Positions 27,370 to 41,158 of a stretch of 64,000 nt of DNA are shown piece by piece. Below the pieces are notes generated by a model. That model ran no database searches and was not told the DNA's origin. It saw nothing but the letters and a program-made list of their open reading frames with translations. Made by a program: the position numbers and the translations under genes. Positions within the stretch are counted from its first letter, which is position 1. Each line of letters begins with the position of its first letter. Where the stretch lies: NCBI RefSeq assembly GCF_001194135.2, contig NC_068984.1:121741244-121805243 (forward strand), written 5' to 3'. The DNA is from Octopus bimaculoides (taxonomy: Eukaryota).

Positions 27370-28974
27370 TCTTTACTCTTTTACTTGTTTCAGTCATTTG
27401 ACTGTGGCCATGCTGGAGCACCACCTTTAGTCGAGCAAATCGACCCCAGGACTTATTCTTTGGAAGCTTAGTACTTATTCTATCGGTCTATTTTGCCGAA
27501 CCGCTAAGTTACGGGGACGTAAATACACCACTATCGGTTGTCAAGCGATGTTGGGGGGACAAACACAGACACACAAACAGATACACACCACACACATACA
27601 TATATATATATACGACGGGCTTCTTTCAGTTTCCGTCTANNNNNNNNNNNNNNNNNNNNNNNNNNNNNNNNNNNNNNNNNNNNNNNNNNNNNNNNNNNNN
27701 NNNNNNNNNNNNNNNNNNNNNNNNNNNNNNNNNNNNNNNNNNNNNNNNNNNNNNNNNNNNNNNNNNNNNNNNNNNNNNNNNNNNNNNNNNNNNNNNNNNN
27801 NNNNNNNNNNNNNNNNNNNNNNNNNNNNNNNNNNNNNNNNNNNNNNNNNNNNNNNNNNNNNNNNNNNATATATATATATATATATATATACATTATCTTC
27901 ATCATCAATATTTTTTGTCTGGCTTCCCTGCTGGCATGGATTAGACAAAATACCTCACTCACAGTCTGTTTTGTTGTTTATGACATGCTTATGTGAGAAA
28001 AAGGAAGGAGAAAAGAGTGAGAGAGAGAGAAAGAGAGTTGGAGAAAGAGCAAAGGAGTTTCATGAGAATCAAATAAGTTCTAATCTCCACTGTGTTGACT
28101 TTTGTCATATGTTGGAGCATACACCCACACAAAGAAGCAATACATGGGACCCCTTCTTCTCCCCCTTCAGGTTGGACCCTATACAAGTGTAATAGCAACA
28201 TAAGTAGAAACTAGACAGACAGACAAAGAGAGGGTGGAGGGACATTCTACATAGTCCCCTTGTTTTTTTGTTTTTTTTTTTACTTCAACATCAACCACAA
28301 TGACTAATACAGCAATCTCAACAATTACAACTTGCTCAACCTGCTAAAAAATAGTAGCCTAATCTCTCCCAAATCTCTTCTTACCATCTTCAAAGAAAAT
28401 GAACAAAAGAAAGAAACATTGATTAGTGTAGTCCTACAGCAATGTCTGAAAAAGTCTTTGATTACAGGTTTGCTGGATTGTGGTTTACCTGTGGCTAAGC
28501 AACAACTACAATAACAACAACAACAGCTATCATCACCTTAAGGGTTTTGATGGTACCGGTTGTGGTAGTTGTTATTGTAGGGATTGTTTTGGTGTTGGTG
28601 TTGGTGGTGGCAGTTGTTGTATTGTTTTGTTGTGGTGTTGGTGGTGGCGGCAGCGGTGGTGCTGCTGCTGGTGCCAATGATGATGATGATAATGAAACTG
28701 CTACCAGCACAGTTAACAACCACCACCAAAACATCAGCTACAACACAGCCATTGCAATCAGCTGCAACAGTAACATCATCATCATCTGATTCAATAGCAA
28801 CCAGCATAACAACACCAACAGAAGCAGCAGGAACAGCAAGAGCAACAACATTGACTTCACAGTAGAACTAAAAGCTCCTATAATTTATTGTATACAATGA
28901 TACAAGTTTAGTGGGGGGGGGGTGATAACCAGATTACATGACCAATGAAGACATGTATATTTTTTTACCTTTTA

Positions 28975-29021
<47 letters not shown>

Positions 29022-30761
29022 GAAAAAGAGAGGGAGAGAGGCTTCTTTCAGTTTCTTATTTCTTTACTGCCCACAAGGAGCTACATACAGAGGGGACAAA
29101 CAAGGACAGACAAACGGATTAAGTCAATTACATCGACCCCAGTGCATAACTGGTACTTAATTTATCGACCCCGAAAGGATGAAAGGCTAAGTCGACCTCG
29201 GCTGAATTTGAACTCAGAACGTAGCGGCAGACGAAATACCGCTATGCATTTCGACTGGCGTGCTAACATTTCTGCCAGTTCGCCGCCTTCTTTCAGTTTC
29301 TGTCTACCAAACCCACTTACAAGGCTTTGGTTCGCCTGGGGCTATAGTAGCTCCCATTAGTGTTGTTATAGTAGAAGACATTTGCCCAAGGTGCCACACA
29401 GTGGGATTGAACCTGGAGCCATGTGGTTGGGAAGCAAACTTTGTAGCTATCACACAGCCATGCCTGCACCTATAACATTTATTTATTGCTAACAAAATAT
29501 CATTGTTCATTGCACAAGATAATGATGATAGTGATGGTACTGATGATGTTGGAAGTAGAAGTGTGTAGCTGGCCATGTTGCTGCTGCTGCTGTTGCTGTT
29601 GTTGTTTAGATTCAAATTTACCTTCATTGAGCATACTTATGATTACCTCTTTCATAACCAAATTACTCTTGGAATACACTGCCTTTGTTTCAATTAATTT
29701 TGAAAGCAATGAAGAATTTAGTTAAATAACTGTTTTTTTATTGATCTGGTGTTTGGAACTTAAATTAGCAAGAAATTTTGATGGATGGTTTTAATTTATG
29801 GGACAAAGTGGTGAGAAAAGATCTTCAGATGTTGGACCTCACTGAGGAGATGACAAGGTACTGAGACCTCTGGCAATTTGCTGTGCTTAAGAAGACACGT
29901 TAAGCTAAGTAAAATCGTAGTCATCCATACATACAGGCATGTCCTTTATGGCCATGCCCCCAACTCCCTCTCCTAGCTGAGAGGTCTTTGTCTTGCAAGT
30001 GCCAGTGTCACATAAAATGCACTTGTGCCAGTGCCACATAAATGTACTGTACTGGTTGCACATAAAAAGTACTCAGCATTTTCTATAAAGTGGTTGGCAT
30101 TAAGAAGAGCATCCATCCATAGAAATCATGCCAAAACTGGCAATTGGAGCCTGGCCAGCTCCTGTCAAACCGTCCAATCCATGCCAGCATGGAAAACAGA
30201 TGTTAACCCTTTAGCATTTAAACCGGCCATATCCGGCCCAAATAGTCTACCTGTTCTATGTTCAAACTGGCCTGATCTGGCTTTGCACACTTATCCTACA
30301 ATGTCATTCTAAGAATAAGCAACTACATCCTCAAAATTTTAATGCTACGATGTCTTTGCATGATTAATTCAAAACAATTTGATTACATAAGCATTACATT
30401 TGACAGATTAATCTGAATACTAAAGGGTTAAACAATGATGATGATGATCCCTTTGAAAAACATGAAGTTTTTTTTTATGTAATGGTACCAGGGGCAATCT
30501 CAGGAGTTGGTACCAAAAAGGTTAAAGCCATTCCAGCCATGTTTACCCCATATTTTATTCAGGCACTGTATATCTAAGAGTACATTATCTAATGTAACCT
30601 TCTTTTCTTTCAGGCAGCAAGGGATGATTTGAAGGAAATTTAGCTGCTATTTCTAATAGTTTGAGAAACCACATAACAGGTCCGACTGTTATGCTATTGA
30701 TAGCAATTGATGGTATTGGTAATGAGTGGCAAAGATAATGATGATGATGATGATGATGATG

Positions 30762-30797
<36 letters not shown>

Positions 30798-33700
30798 GTA
30801 ATAGTGCCATTACTAATACTGGTGCTGATGGGAATAATAGTAACTTCTGGTAGTTGAACAGCAGTGGTAGCAGTGATGGTTGTATTGGCAATGATGGTAT
30901 TGTTTATGTGTTGGAGGTAGGAGGGATTAAATGAAATAAATATGGGTGTGGTCACTTGACAGAATTTACAGCTTTGTTTGCAAAGTCCCCTTGTTTAACT
31001 TAAGTTATCATAGCCTCCACCACCAACAGCTAAGAAAGAAGCCTCTATGTGGTAGCTTAACCTGTTAAAAATAGCAGCTATACCTCTCTCATATTACACC
31101 CTGCCTTCTTGAAAGTGGAACACATTGGATACTATGGTCCTAGACACTCTGTCTGGGAGAAGACAAGCAAATCATGGCTAGGAAATCTTTAAGACTATCC
31201 ATCTTGTATCTTTTACTTGTCTTAGTCATTGAACTGTGGCTTTGAAGAGTTTTAGTTGACCAGATTGACCCCAGTACTTGTGCGTTTTTTAAAGTCTGGT
31301 ACATATTCTATTGGTCTGTTTTGCTGAACTGCTAGCTTACAGGGATGTAAACAAACCAACGTTGGTTATAAGATGGTGTGTGTGTGTGACAAACCCTGAC
31401 ACAAAATCACTTAGATACACACACACACATATGGCATTTATGCACTGCTTCTGTCTATCAAACTCACTTACAAGGCATTGGTTGGCTTGAGGCTGTAGTA
31501 GAAAACACTTGCCCTACCAAAGTGCCATATATTGGAACTGAACCCAAAAGTATGTGGTTGCAAAGTGAGCTTCTTAACCACACAGCCATGCCTCTGCCTA
31601 TTTCTGTTAAAATACACTTACTGTGTTTGAATTAATTTTGAAAATAATGGAAAAATTTAGTAAAATAACTCTGTCGTTGTTAAACTAATGTTTGGAACAG
31701 AAATTAACATGGAATTTTGATGGAACATTTTAATTTAAATCACTTGGAAGCATTTATTTTGTATCATAGAAACAAACATAGTCTCAGGCAGGTTATTATC
31801 AAAAGGTTTAATCAAAGTTCTGCTTGATCAATGCTGATGTAGAGCTAAACAACTGTTATTGGCTGAACAAATAAAGCAGCTCTATAAAGTCTACTAAAAA
31901 TACATCTCTTTCAAATCACACCAGACTTTATTAAGAAATGAATAATACATTACATCAGTGGTTCTCAGTGGGGGTCCATATAAGATTTTGTTGCTAAAAT
32001 TTATCAGCAATAAATAGGTTATACTTCTACAATACACAAAATATTTTATCAATTTTTTTAATACAATTCCTAGCAATATTTGATTATAAAAGTATAATAG
32101 GATCTTTTTTAAATATCAAATGGCCATGAGGGTGCACTTGGGAGTAAAACAAGAATTAAAGAGGTCCATAGGTAAAAAAAAATGGCTGAGAAACACTGCG
32201 CTAGATGATGTGGTCTTAATTACACTATATCTTAGAAATGGCCACAGCTATTTGTGAAAGGTCTGCTGAATCAGGGCTGCACTGAGGCTTAACAACAGCT
32301 TTAGCAGCAACAGTAACCATGAGTCAACAGAGAGACTATATGATATTACACCCTGTTATCATAACAAAAAGAAAGAAAAAAAGAACACATGAAATAATGT
32401 AGTGCTAGATATACAATGTCTGAATAAAAGACATTCTTTTTATTCTTTCTCTTGTTCTTCCCCTCTCGCTAGTTTTCTTTCTTTCACTTTGACTCTGTTG
32501 TTCACTCATTCTCTCACGCTAGTTTCCCTGGTACCATTTAAAATGAGAGACTAATTTTTCCTGGGATAGGGCACTGATCTATAGTAGATAGTATTTTCTG
32601 CCTGTTATATGAAATGAACTCAGCATCACACGATAACAAATACAGTGATACTTCTTACAACTGAATTTTTATACATCCTTGTAGTACCTACTTACACCTA
32701 AGTAGACTGCACCACAATGTACCCATATATTTATCAACCAATTGCTTGCATTCTTGATCTGTTTCCATGTCTGATGGTCTGTCTTCTCCTGTTTCCATAT
32801 TTTTGCTCTCTATGGTCTCAACCATGTATCTGTCTATCTATCTATATCTCTATATATATCTATTGGGACAGACATATTTCTGTCTGCCCACTCTGACTGA
32901 AGATACATTTCCGTCAACTTCTCAGTCTATAGAGACAACACTGTGTTTATCTGCCTGGTTATCTGTATGTTTATCTCTTAGTTGTCCACTTCTCTGAGTA
33001 TCTGCCAACCCATCCATCTCTCCACCCATTCATTCTTCTGTTCATATCTTTGTCTGTTTTTACCAAACTGTCCCTGGTTTCTGTCTTTCTCTCTCTATCC
33101 ACCTCTGCTTTTCTTTCCTTCTCTTTGTCTAACTCTCTGTACACTTGGCTGTCTTCTTGTTCTGTGCTTCCCAAACAAATTTTGTCATGGATTCCTGATG
33201 CAATTTTCCAAAAATTGCAGAACCCATACATCAACGACAGTTATGCCATCCTAACTTTAATAAGACATTAAATGAAACAAAAATTATTTTAAGAGAGAAC
33301 TTATAAGAGACAAATAAAAAAAACATGTAGTAACTTGATATTTTGAAAATGGTGAATGCTATTTCTTATAAAATAAATTTTTATCAACTTCTTTTATTAA
33401 AAGACGCATTATTGCAAAATCCCCAAATTTTTTTCACAAAATCCACTTTGAGAAATATTTGTCTATTTCTTTCTCTCTGTTTCTCACTTTTGCTCTCTCT
33501 TTCTCTGATTGTCTTTCACTTTGTTTCTTTCTCTCTCTCTTTCTCTCACACTCTTCCTTCCCTCTCTCGTCCTCTTTTCTTTCTCTCTCTCTCTCTCTAT
33601 TTATGACATTTGTTACATTCCATTCCAAATACTGGATTTTACATTTGCAATTTCTCTCTTGTGTATATACATATCAGTATATGTGTGATGTGCATACATG

Positions 33701-36700
33701 TATTACAGATGTATGTGTCATGTGTGTGAGAGAGACAGAGAGAGAGAGAGGTTAAACCTGCAAGGTTGGGAAGCCATGTGTCTCATTGTATAACTTGTCA
33801 TTCAGTACTGCAACCATTGCAAAACAGCTGCACCACTTCCCAACCTCAAATCTGCAACCACCACCATCACCTCCCAACACTGCCCTACTATCTAAGATGT
33901 CATTTAATCCTTCTTGGCCTGAAATTCATCAACTGAAATGGTAGGATAATTTACTCTAGATTTACAGAGTTTGCAGACTTTCTCACTCTGTATTACACAT
34001 CACAGAGGGATTCTCTCTCTCTTTCTTTTACACCACTGAGACATTTTATCTCTCTCCCTCTTTCTCCTCTCTCTCTCTATCTCTCATCTCTGAGACATTG
34101 TACCTCTCTCTCTCTCTCTCTTAATTTCTCTTTGTCACTCTTCTTATTTCTTATTTTTCTTCTATACTTCACTCTATTTTTCTCATACTTTCTTTATTCT
34201 CTTTCTCCCAGTCTCTGTCTTTTCATTATCTCTTTCTATCCTTTTAACATCTCAACCTTTTCTTCTTATCTTTTCACACCTTTCCTTCCTCTTATCTGCA
34301 TATCCCAGTATTGCTTGTTTCTTATTCCAGTATTTCTTTTTATTCTGCTTGACCTACTAGAATTAGCAACCAAATTTTTCAAATGATATCCGACTGTCTT
34401 AAAAAAAAAAATGAATAACATTGTTCTCGGTACACTGTCTGAATAATAAAAAAAAAGAGATGGTCACAGCTGGAATGTCTGGATCAAGACTAGGCAACAT
34501 TCCAGTATTACTCTATCTTGTTCCTCCAATTTTATTCAAAAATTCTTTTGTTATCTCATCATAAAGTAATGGTCCAATGATAGGGTCATTTCCTCTCCTT
34601 CTCTCTCTCTCTCTCCCCCCATGCCTGGTTTAAAATGCAGAAAATGCCACAAGAGCATCTGTACTACTCCTTCAGCAGTTGAAGACTCATAGAGGGAAGG
34701 AATCTCATCATCTTTTATTCTTTTTTACTTGCCATCATTTCTTTCTCGTTTTAATCCATCATTCCCTTTCTATCATCTACCATGTCATTCCTTTCTTGTT
34801 ATCTATCCCATCATTCTTTTCTTCATATCCTTTCATTTTATCTCATCTTTCCTTCCTTCATATCAATCCCATTATTCCTTTCTTCATATCCCATCATTCT
34901 CTTCTTCATAACACAGCATTTATTTCTTCATATACAATCATCATCATCATCATCATCATCAGTTTGTTTTTCCATGTTTGCATGGGTTGGATAGGCCCTC
35001 TCCAGCACAGTACCTTGCCACTTGTTACCATCTCCTTGGTGATATTCCACCTCCTGATGTCAATTTCCCCATATCTTCTATTTTCCTTGAGCTTCTCTTC
35101 CACTGAGATCATTTGGGCCTTCTTTCCCCAACTGACATTCTCCATACACATTACAAATCTGTATCAGCTCAGTCTTCTCTCTTGCATGCTACATCTGATT
35201 CCTCATACCTAGTTTTTCTCTCAGCTTCTCTCTGCTTCATTGTTCATGCACACCAACATTGCACTTTCAGTGGAGCATGCTCCCTTCATTTCTTTCTAGT
35301 TTTCACACATCCTCAGCATTCAATGCTCCTGTTTTTGTGACCATTTAACATTACACTTCAAACACAAGTGTCATAGAATCTACAGTTCGCACAGACACAG
35401 ACACAGAGAGAGAGAGAGAGAAATCCTTTGTTTCCAGCAGCAGTAATAGCTCTCTGAACTTTTTCCACCCTATGCTTACTCTTGTTACTATGCTTTTGAA
35501 ACAAACTCCTCTACATCTAATTAGGTCACCTAATTAATAGAAACTACCAATTACTTTTAGGAAACCCTTTGAGTATTTGAAAGAATTTATTTCATGTGTA
35601 CCCCTACTTTTGACTATTGTATATTTGCTGCTTATGAAGTGTAGATTATACAAAACAGTTATGAGCACTAATCATGGGTGCCTATTCTGTTTTTGTTATT
35701 TGGGGTTGTTTTTCTAATTAAGATTGATACTTAGAAATAGGTTATATGTAATTTATATTTAAGGCCTTAACCATTAAATGAATTTTAATTGTTAAATGTA
35801 TAGCTTAAATATCACACACACACACATTCATATATCTGCCTTTCTGCTATGGTCCCAGACCAACCAGAGCCTTGTGAGCACATTCAGTCGGTAAGACACG
35901 TGTGTGTGTGTGCATGCACGCACTTGTGTTTGTTTACATCTGTGATTGCATGGAAGCTGTGACATACAGCTGGTGTTGCTGTTGGCAATTCTCCTGTCAA
36001 CAAATCGTCTGCTCCCTTCGCCCAAAGCAGAGTAACAGGAAAGTAAGTTTAGCAAGAGGTAAGGCATCCAACTGTAAAACAATGCCTCAATAACATATTC
36101 ATCCAACCCATGTTGGCATGGAAAAGTGGATATGAAAAAAAATGAATGAATGAACCCTCAACTCCATAAACACAGGCAATGAGATAGCCTCTTTATTGTT
36201 GCTTAACCTGAATCATCTGCTAGAAATTTCAGTCTAATCTCTCTTAAATTACATTCAATTGCTTTGAAAAGGGAGGATGTTGTATAATGTAGTTCTAGGC
36301 ATACAATACTTCAGAGAAAGATTGGTTGGTCATAAGTGGAATGCTTCTTATAATAGTCAGAGCTGGCTTGGGGTTAAATCACTGAAGCAATTATATAAAC
36401 ATATACAGTATACTCATGTGAAGGTGCATGGCTCAGTGGTTAGAGCATTGAGCTTACAATCATGATGTAGTGAGTTCACAATCATGATGTAGTGGACCAG
36501 GCTGTGTGTTGTGTTCTTGAACAAGACACTTTATTTCACATTGCTCCAGTTCACTCATCTGTAGAAAAGAATTGCAACATCACTGGTGCCAAGTCGTATC
36601 AGCCTTTGCCTTTCTTTTGGATAACATCAGTGGTGTGGAAAAGGGAGGCTGGTATGCATGGGTGACTGCTGGCCTTCCATAAACAACCTTGCCTGGATTT

Positions 36701-39700
36701 GTGCCTCAGAGGGTAACTTTCTAGGTGCAATTCTATGGTCATTCATGACTGAAGGGGGGGTCTCTCTATACATATTCACCTGTCTAACTGGACAGCAAGA
36801 GAAGCCATATGATTTCTGAAAATCTACTGAATTGCATGGTCTCTTGTGGAGGAAGACAAGTATGGACGAGGGTGGAATGTGAAGTAAGGAGTAAAAAGAA
36901 AGTGTTTAGTAGAGGAATGTGAATGAAAAGAAGATGTAGTATCAAAAAATAACCTATTTTCTAATCATTTGTTTTCTTTGCAGGTATATTTGAAGAGGAA
37001 TCCAAGCTAGCAGACATTGCAGAATCAGTTCCTGGTGAGTAACAACTGAAGTATTAAGGTCACCATACCAAAACCACCATCATCACCTCATTCCCATCAT
37101 ATACAGCAGTGGTTCTCAACCAGGGTCCATATGGTCCTTAGGGCCCATATGAGATTTTGTTGTTAAAATTTATGTGCATTAAATTGGTTATACTTCTTCA
37201 ATACACAAAATAGTTTAACAGTTTTTTTATACAATTCCTAAGAATATTTGAATATAAAAATGTAATAGGATTTTTTTAAACATTGAATCGCTATGGGGGT
37301 CCAGCAGAGTAAACTAGGAATCAAGAGGTTCCATAGACTAGAAATGGTTGAGAACCACTGATATATAATATGACACAATCACCATCACTAAGATATGCTC
37401 TTTTCTATCTTTATATATACATATATATATATATATACAACATATAATTTTTCTACTTTTTTTTCCAGATAATGGCGGGGTTTATTTTGTGGCTGCATTC
37501 AGTGGATTACAGGTGAGTGAATTATGTTACCTATTAATTACTTATAGCTGCTATCATGTTACAATAATGACATTTTAGTAACATACAGGTGAATCAGTAT
37601 TCTTATGTATAACTAAGCGACATACAAATGGGTGGATAAAATAATGACACAGTATTTAGTGACATACAGGTGAATAGATCTTATGACAAAGTATTTTACT
37701 GCCTTTTATATAACTGGGTTTTATCATATGAGTGGTGCTATACGAATGTTTTTTTTGTTTTAGTAAGCACAGGTTTCAATTTATATACGAAGGGCGTGTA
37801 TAGTCTATTGAATTTACACTATTGTTAGTATTGGATGGAGAAAATGTGTCATAAGGTAAAGGTAGAACACTAGTTAACTTCTTTCACTTTCCGTATTCAT
37901 CTCCTGTCTTAATGTTTTGGACATTAGTCCTTATATATATATATGTATATGTGTATGTCTGTATACATATTTATATATATATAAATGGCAATTTCTGTAG
38001 CTAGAGTGTGTGCCACCCAGGGTGTGACAATTAAATTGTGTTTGTATGTTTCATGTGTACTGAAATAAAATATATATATTATTGTCTTTGTGACAGGCTC
38101 CAATCAATGATGACACAGCAGTAACAACTATGATAGGAATGACACCAAATACAGCCAAAGCACATGTTGTAAGAGCCATCTTGGAATCTTTGGCTTTTCG
38201 TTTCAAACTTCTTTATGAAACAATGTTGACAGAGACAAAGTTACCAATTTCATCTGTAAGGTAAAGTACTATCTCATCTCTCCACAATCATTGCTCGTTT
38301 CTTTCTCATCTAGATGATCTTTTGCCTCTTCCACTACCCTCTAGTCAGGATGTGTGTGTGTGTGTGTGTACAGTCTCTCAGTGTTTCTCTCTTTCTCTCT
38401 CTTGCTTCAATTCAAGAGACTTTCCTATTTTCAGTAACCTTCTTCTATGGAGAAAATAGTAAAAGAAGTTAACTTTTAGTTAGTCAAATCTCATTTAGTT
38501 AATATCATTGGTAAAGGAATAAAATATATTTATTTTTTTATTTCCTTATCATCACTTGATCTCTCCTCCACACACCAATATACCCACCAATATATAATGT
38601 GAAGTAAGCACTGCACTTCCTCTTCATTGCCTTTATCACTCTTTTACTCTTACACTTTTAACACTACTTTTCCATTTCCTGCCTTCCTTATCTTTCTTTC
38701 AAGCAACACTTTATCCATCCATTTATAATTTGAAATAATATGACATATCCTCCTACTCGATCTTCCCTACTGTCCTGTCACTCTCTTTCTCTCCTATTAG
38801 CCTCTTCTTTAACATTGTCTCTGTTTAGTCCCTCCTGCATCACTATGAACCTTGCTCTTCCCTTCCCTTTTCCCTTATCTCACCCATTATTCCCACCCCA
38901 ACACTCTTTCTTGTTATTCCTCTCTTCTAACATCCTTTCACAACTCTAAGTCTGTTCCATTTGCCATGGAGTTAGTTCTCTTTCGTCTTGCAAACGATAA
39001 AGCTATCCCTTCAGTGCTGGTGCCATAAAAAAACACCCAGTACATACAGACCGTGCTAAAAATGAGACATTGGAGCAAGATGTGGTTCTTGAATTCTTTG
39101 AATAGTGTTAAAATCATTTAACCCTTTAGCATTTAAACCGGCCAAAATTATTCTGCTTGTTTTATGTTCAAACTGGCCAAATCTGGTCTCTCACACCAAC
39201 CCTACAATATCGTTTTAAAAATTAACAGCTACCTCATCAAAATCTCATAGCTACAAGATAATGCATGATAAGTTCAAAACAATGTGGATGAAAAAGCATT
39301 AATTTTGGCAGAATAATCCAAACACTAAAGGGTTAAACAATACCAGCTTGGAAAACTGACATAAAATAATGATGATATTGATGGTTCACAAGAAGGGTCC
39401 TAAACATGAATAAAATACGACAAGAATGCAAAGTGTATTGATAGAGCTAACAAGGGTAGCAGGTTTAACATATTTAATATTATCAGATGACACTTGGAGG
39501 TCTTCAGCAAAGTTCACTTTATTCAAATCATTTCATAGACTCCTGTTTCCCTCCCCATCCACATTGTTTTACCTTTGTTCCCAGTATCAGCTGTGTCAAT
39601 ATTTGGGTGGGCCTTCAGAAGTCATGAGTCCTGTCCCTTCTTCTTTGGTTATCGTTTGTTTTACCTCTATTTTTCCATGCTAGCATGATTTAGACAAATG

Positions 39701-41100
39701 TACTATTGAGGCATTGTTTTATAGTTGAATACTCTTACTGTTGCTAATCCTTACCTGTTTTTCAAGTAAAGAATCTATTTCACATATCTTCAAAGGCACA
39801 AAGCCAGTGAATGATATTTGTTGATTGGAGAAATGGCATTGCTGCTTGTGGCTTAGAATATCCAGAGAAGCACAAATGTATACAAATTTACAACAGGCTT
39901 CTTTCAGTTTCTTTCCTACAAATCCACACACAAGGCTTTGGTCAGCTTAGGGCTGTAGTAGAAGGCCTTTGCCTAAAGTGTCACACAGTGGGACTGAACT
40001 TGAAACTATGTAGTCAGGAAGTGAACTTCTTAACCACACAGCCATGCTTATACCTCATATATATATAAAAGAAAAAACAGAAAATGGCACAAATGAAGAA
40101 TAGATAGCATCAATTTAAGTCAACGAATGAGAGTCATCTAAAACCTTGAAACTGTCCAATCAAAAACATGGACTAATGGTTCCAACCTTATGAAGTCTAT
40201 CAGATTTAATATAACTGGCATGTACTATTTGTCCACTTACACATTTGTGTCAAAACACACACGTAAATAGACATGTAAGTTTTAAAGAAAAGTAAATTGT
40301 ACAAATGCCTTAAGAAGAAGAAGGTTGGTTACATTCAGCACCAAATAAGCTGACAAAAATATATCTGAAATTTAAGAATTTTCCTTTAAGAAATAATCTT
40401 CATGAATCACATTAAACCAAAGTTTAAGAACAATTGTGAGCTACTTAATTTTTTATAGGTTGATTGGAACTTGGTTTATGATTCAACATCTTTTTATTTT
40501 TGTATTGCCTTTTATTATAGCTAGCTTCACTGTTATATCATAGTCACATTTAGACCACTTTTCAGGTATGGTTTACACTTTAAAATATCTCTTTACATTT
40601 GTTTAACAATGCCTCAAGTAAATCACCCTATTTTTACTTTCATATATAATGTTCTGTTTGCTTGTTCGTAGGACCAACAAAAAAGTACTCAGTCCAGTGA
40701 GAGTGTCATTTAATGAATAAAGGAGTTGTATGTGTGCTACTGAAAGTTTCAAGCTCAGATAGTGCACAGAACATTATACAAGCCTATCTGATTACTGCAC
40801 TTTCTGATCATGAATCTTGAAGTAGCTCATGTATAACTCCTATTCATCAAATGATATTTATATGCATATATGTACACACACACACACACACACACTGTTT
40901 AGATGGACAGATAATGGAAAAAGGTACCCAATATCATGTAGTATATAGTCATTCAAAATCTGATTCATTTTGTTGCTTCTTCAAGTTTCTTACTTGCATG
41001 AGTTCATTCAGGTGACTGAGTGATGAATATGTTGTTAACTGAGCAAAATCATACAAGCGATAAATTCGAAATAGTGACAGACTTAATCACCAGCTTCAAA

Positions 41101-41158
<58 letters not shown>

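Noticed and set aside
27531-28192. Long ORFs spanning N gaps (also 3908-4261, 22659-22970)
   Set aside because: Artefacts of N runs read as X; only 22688-22748 within them is a real exon.
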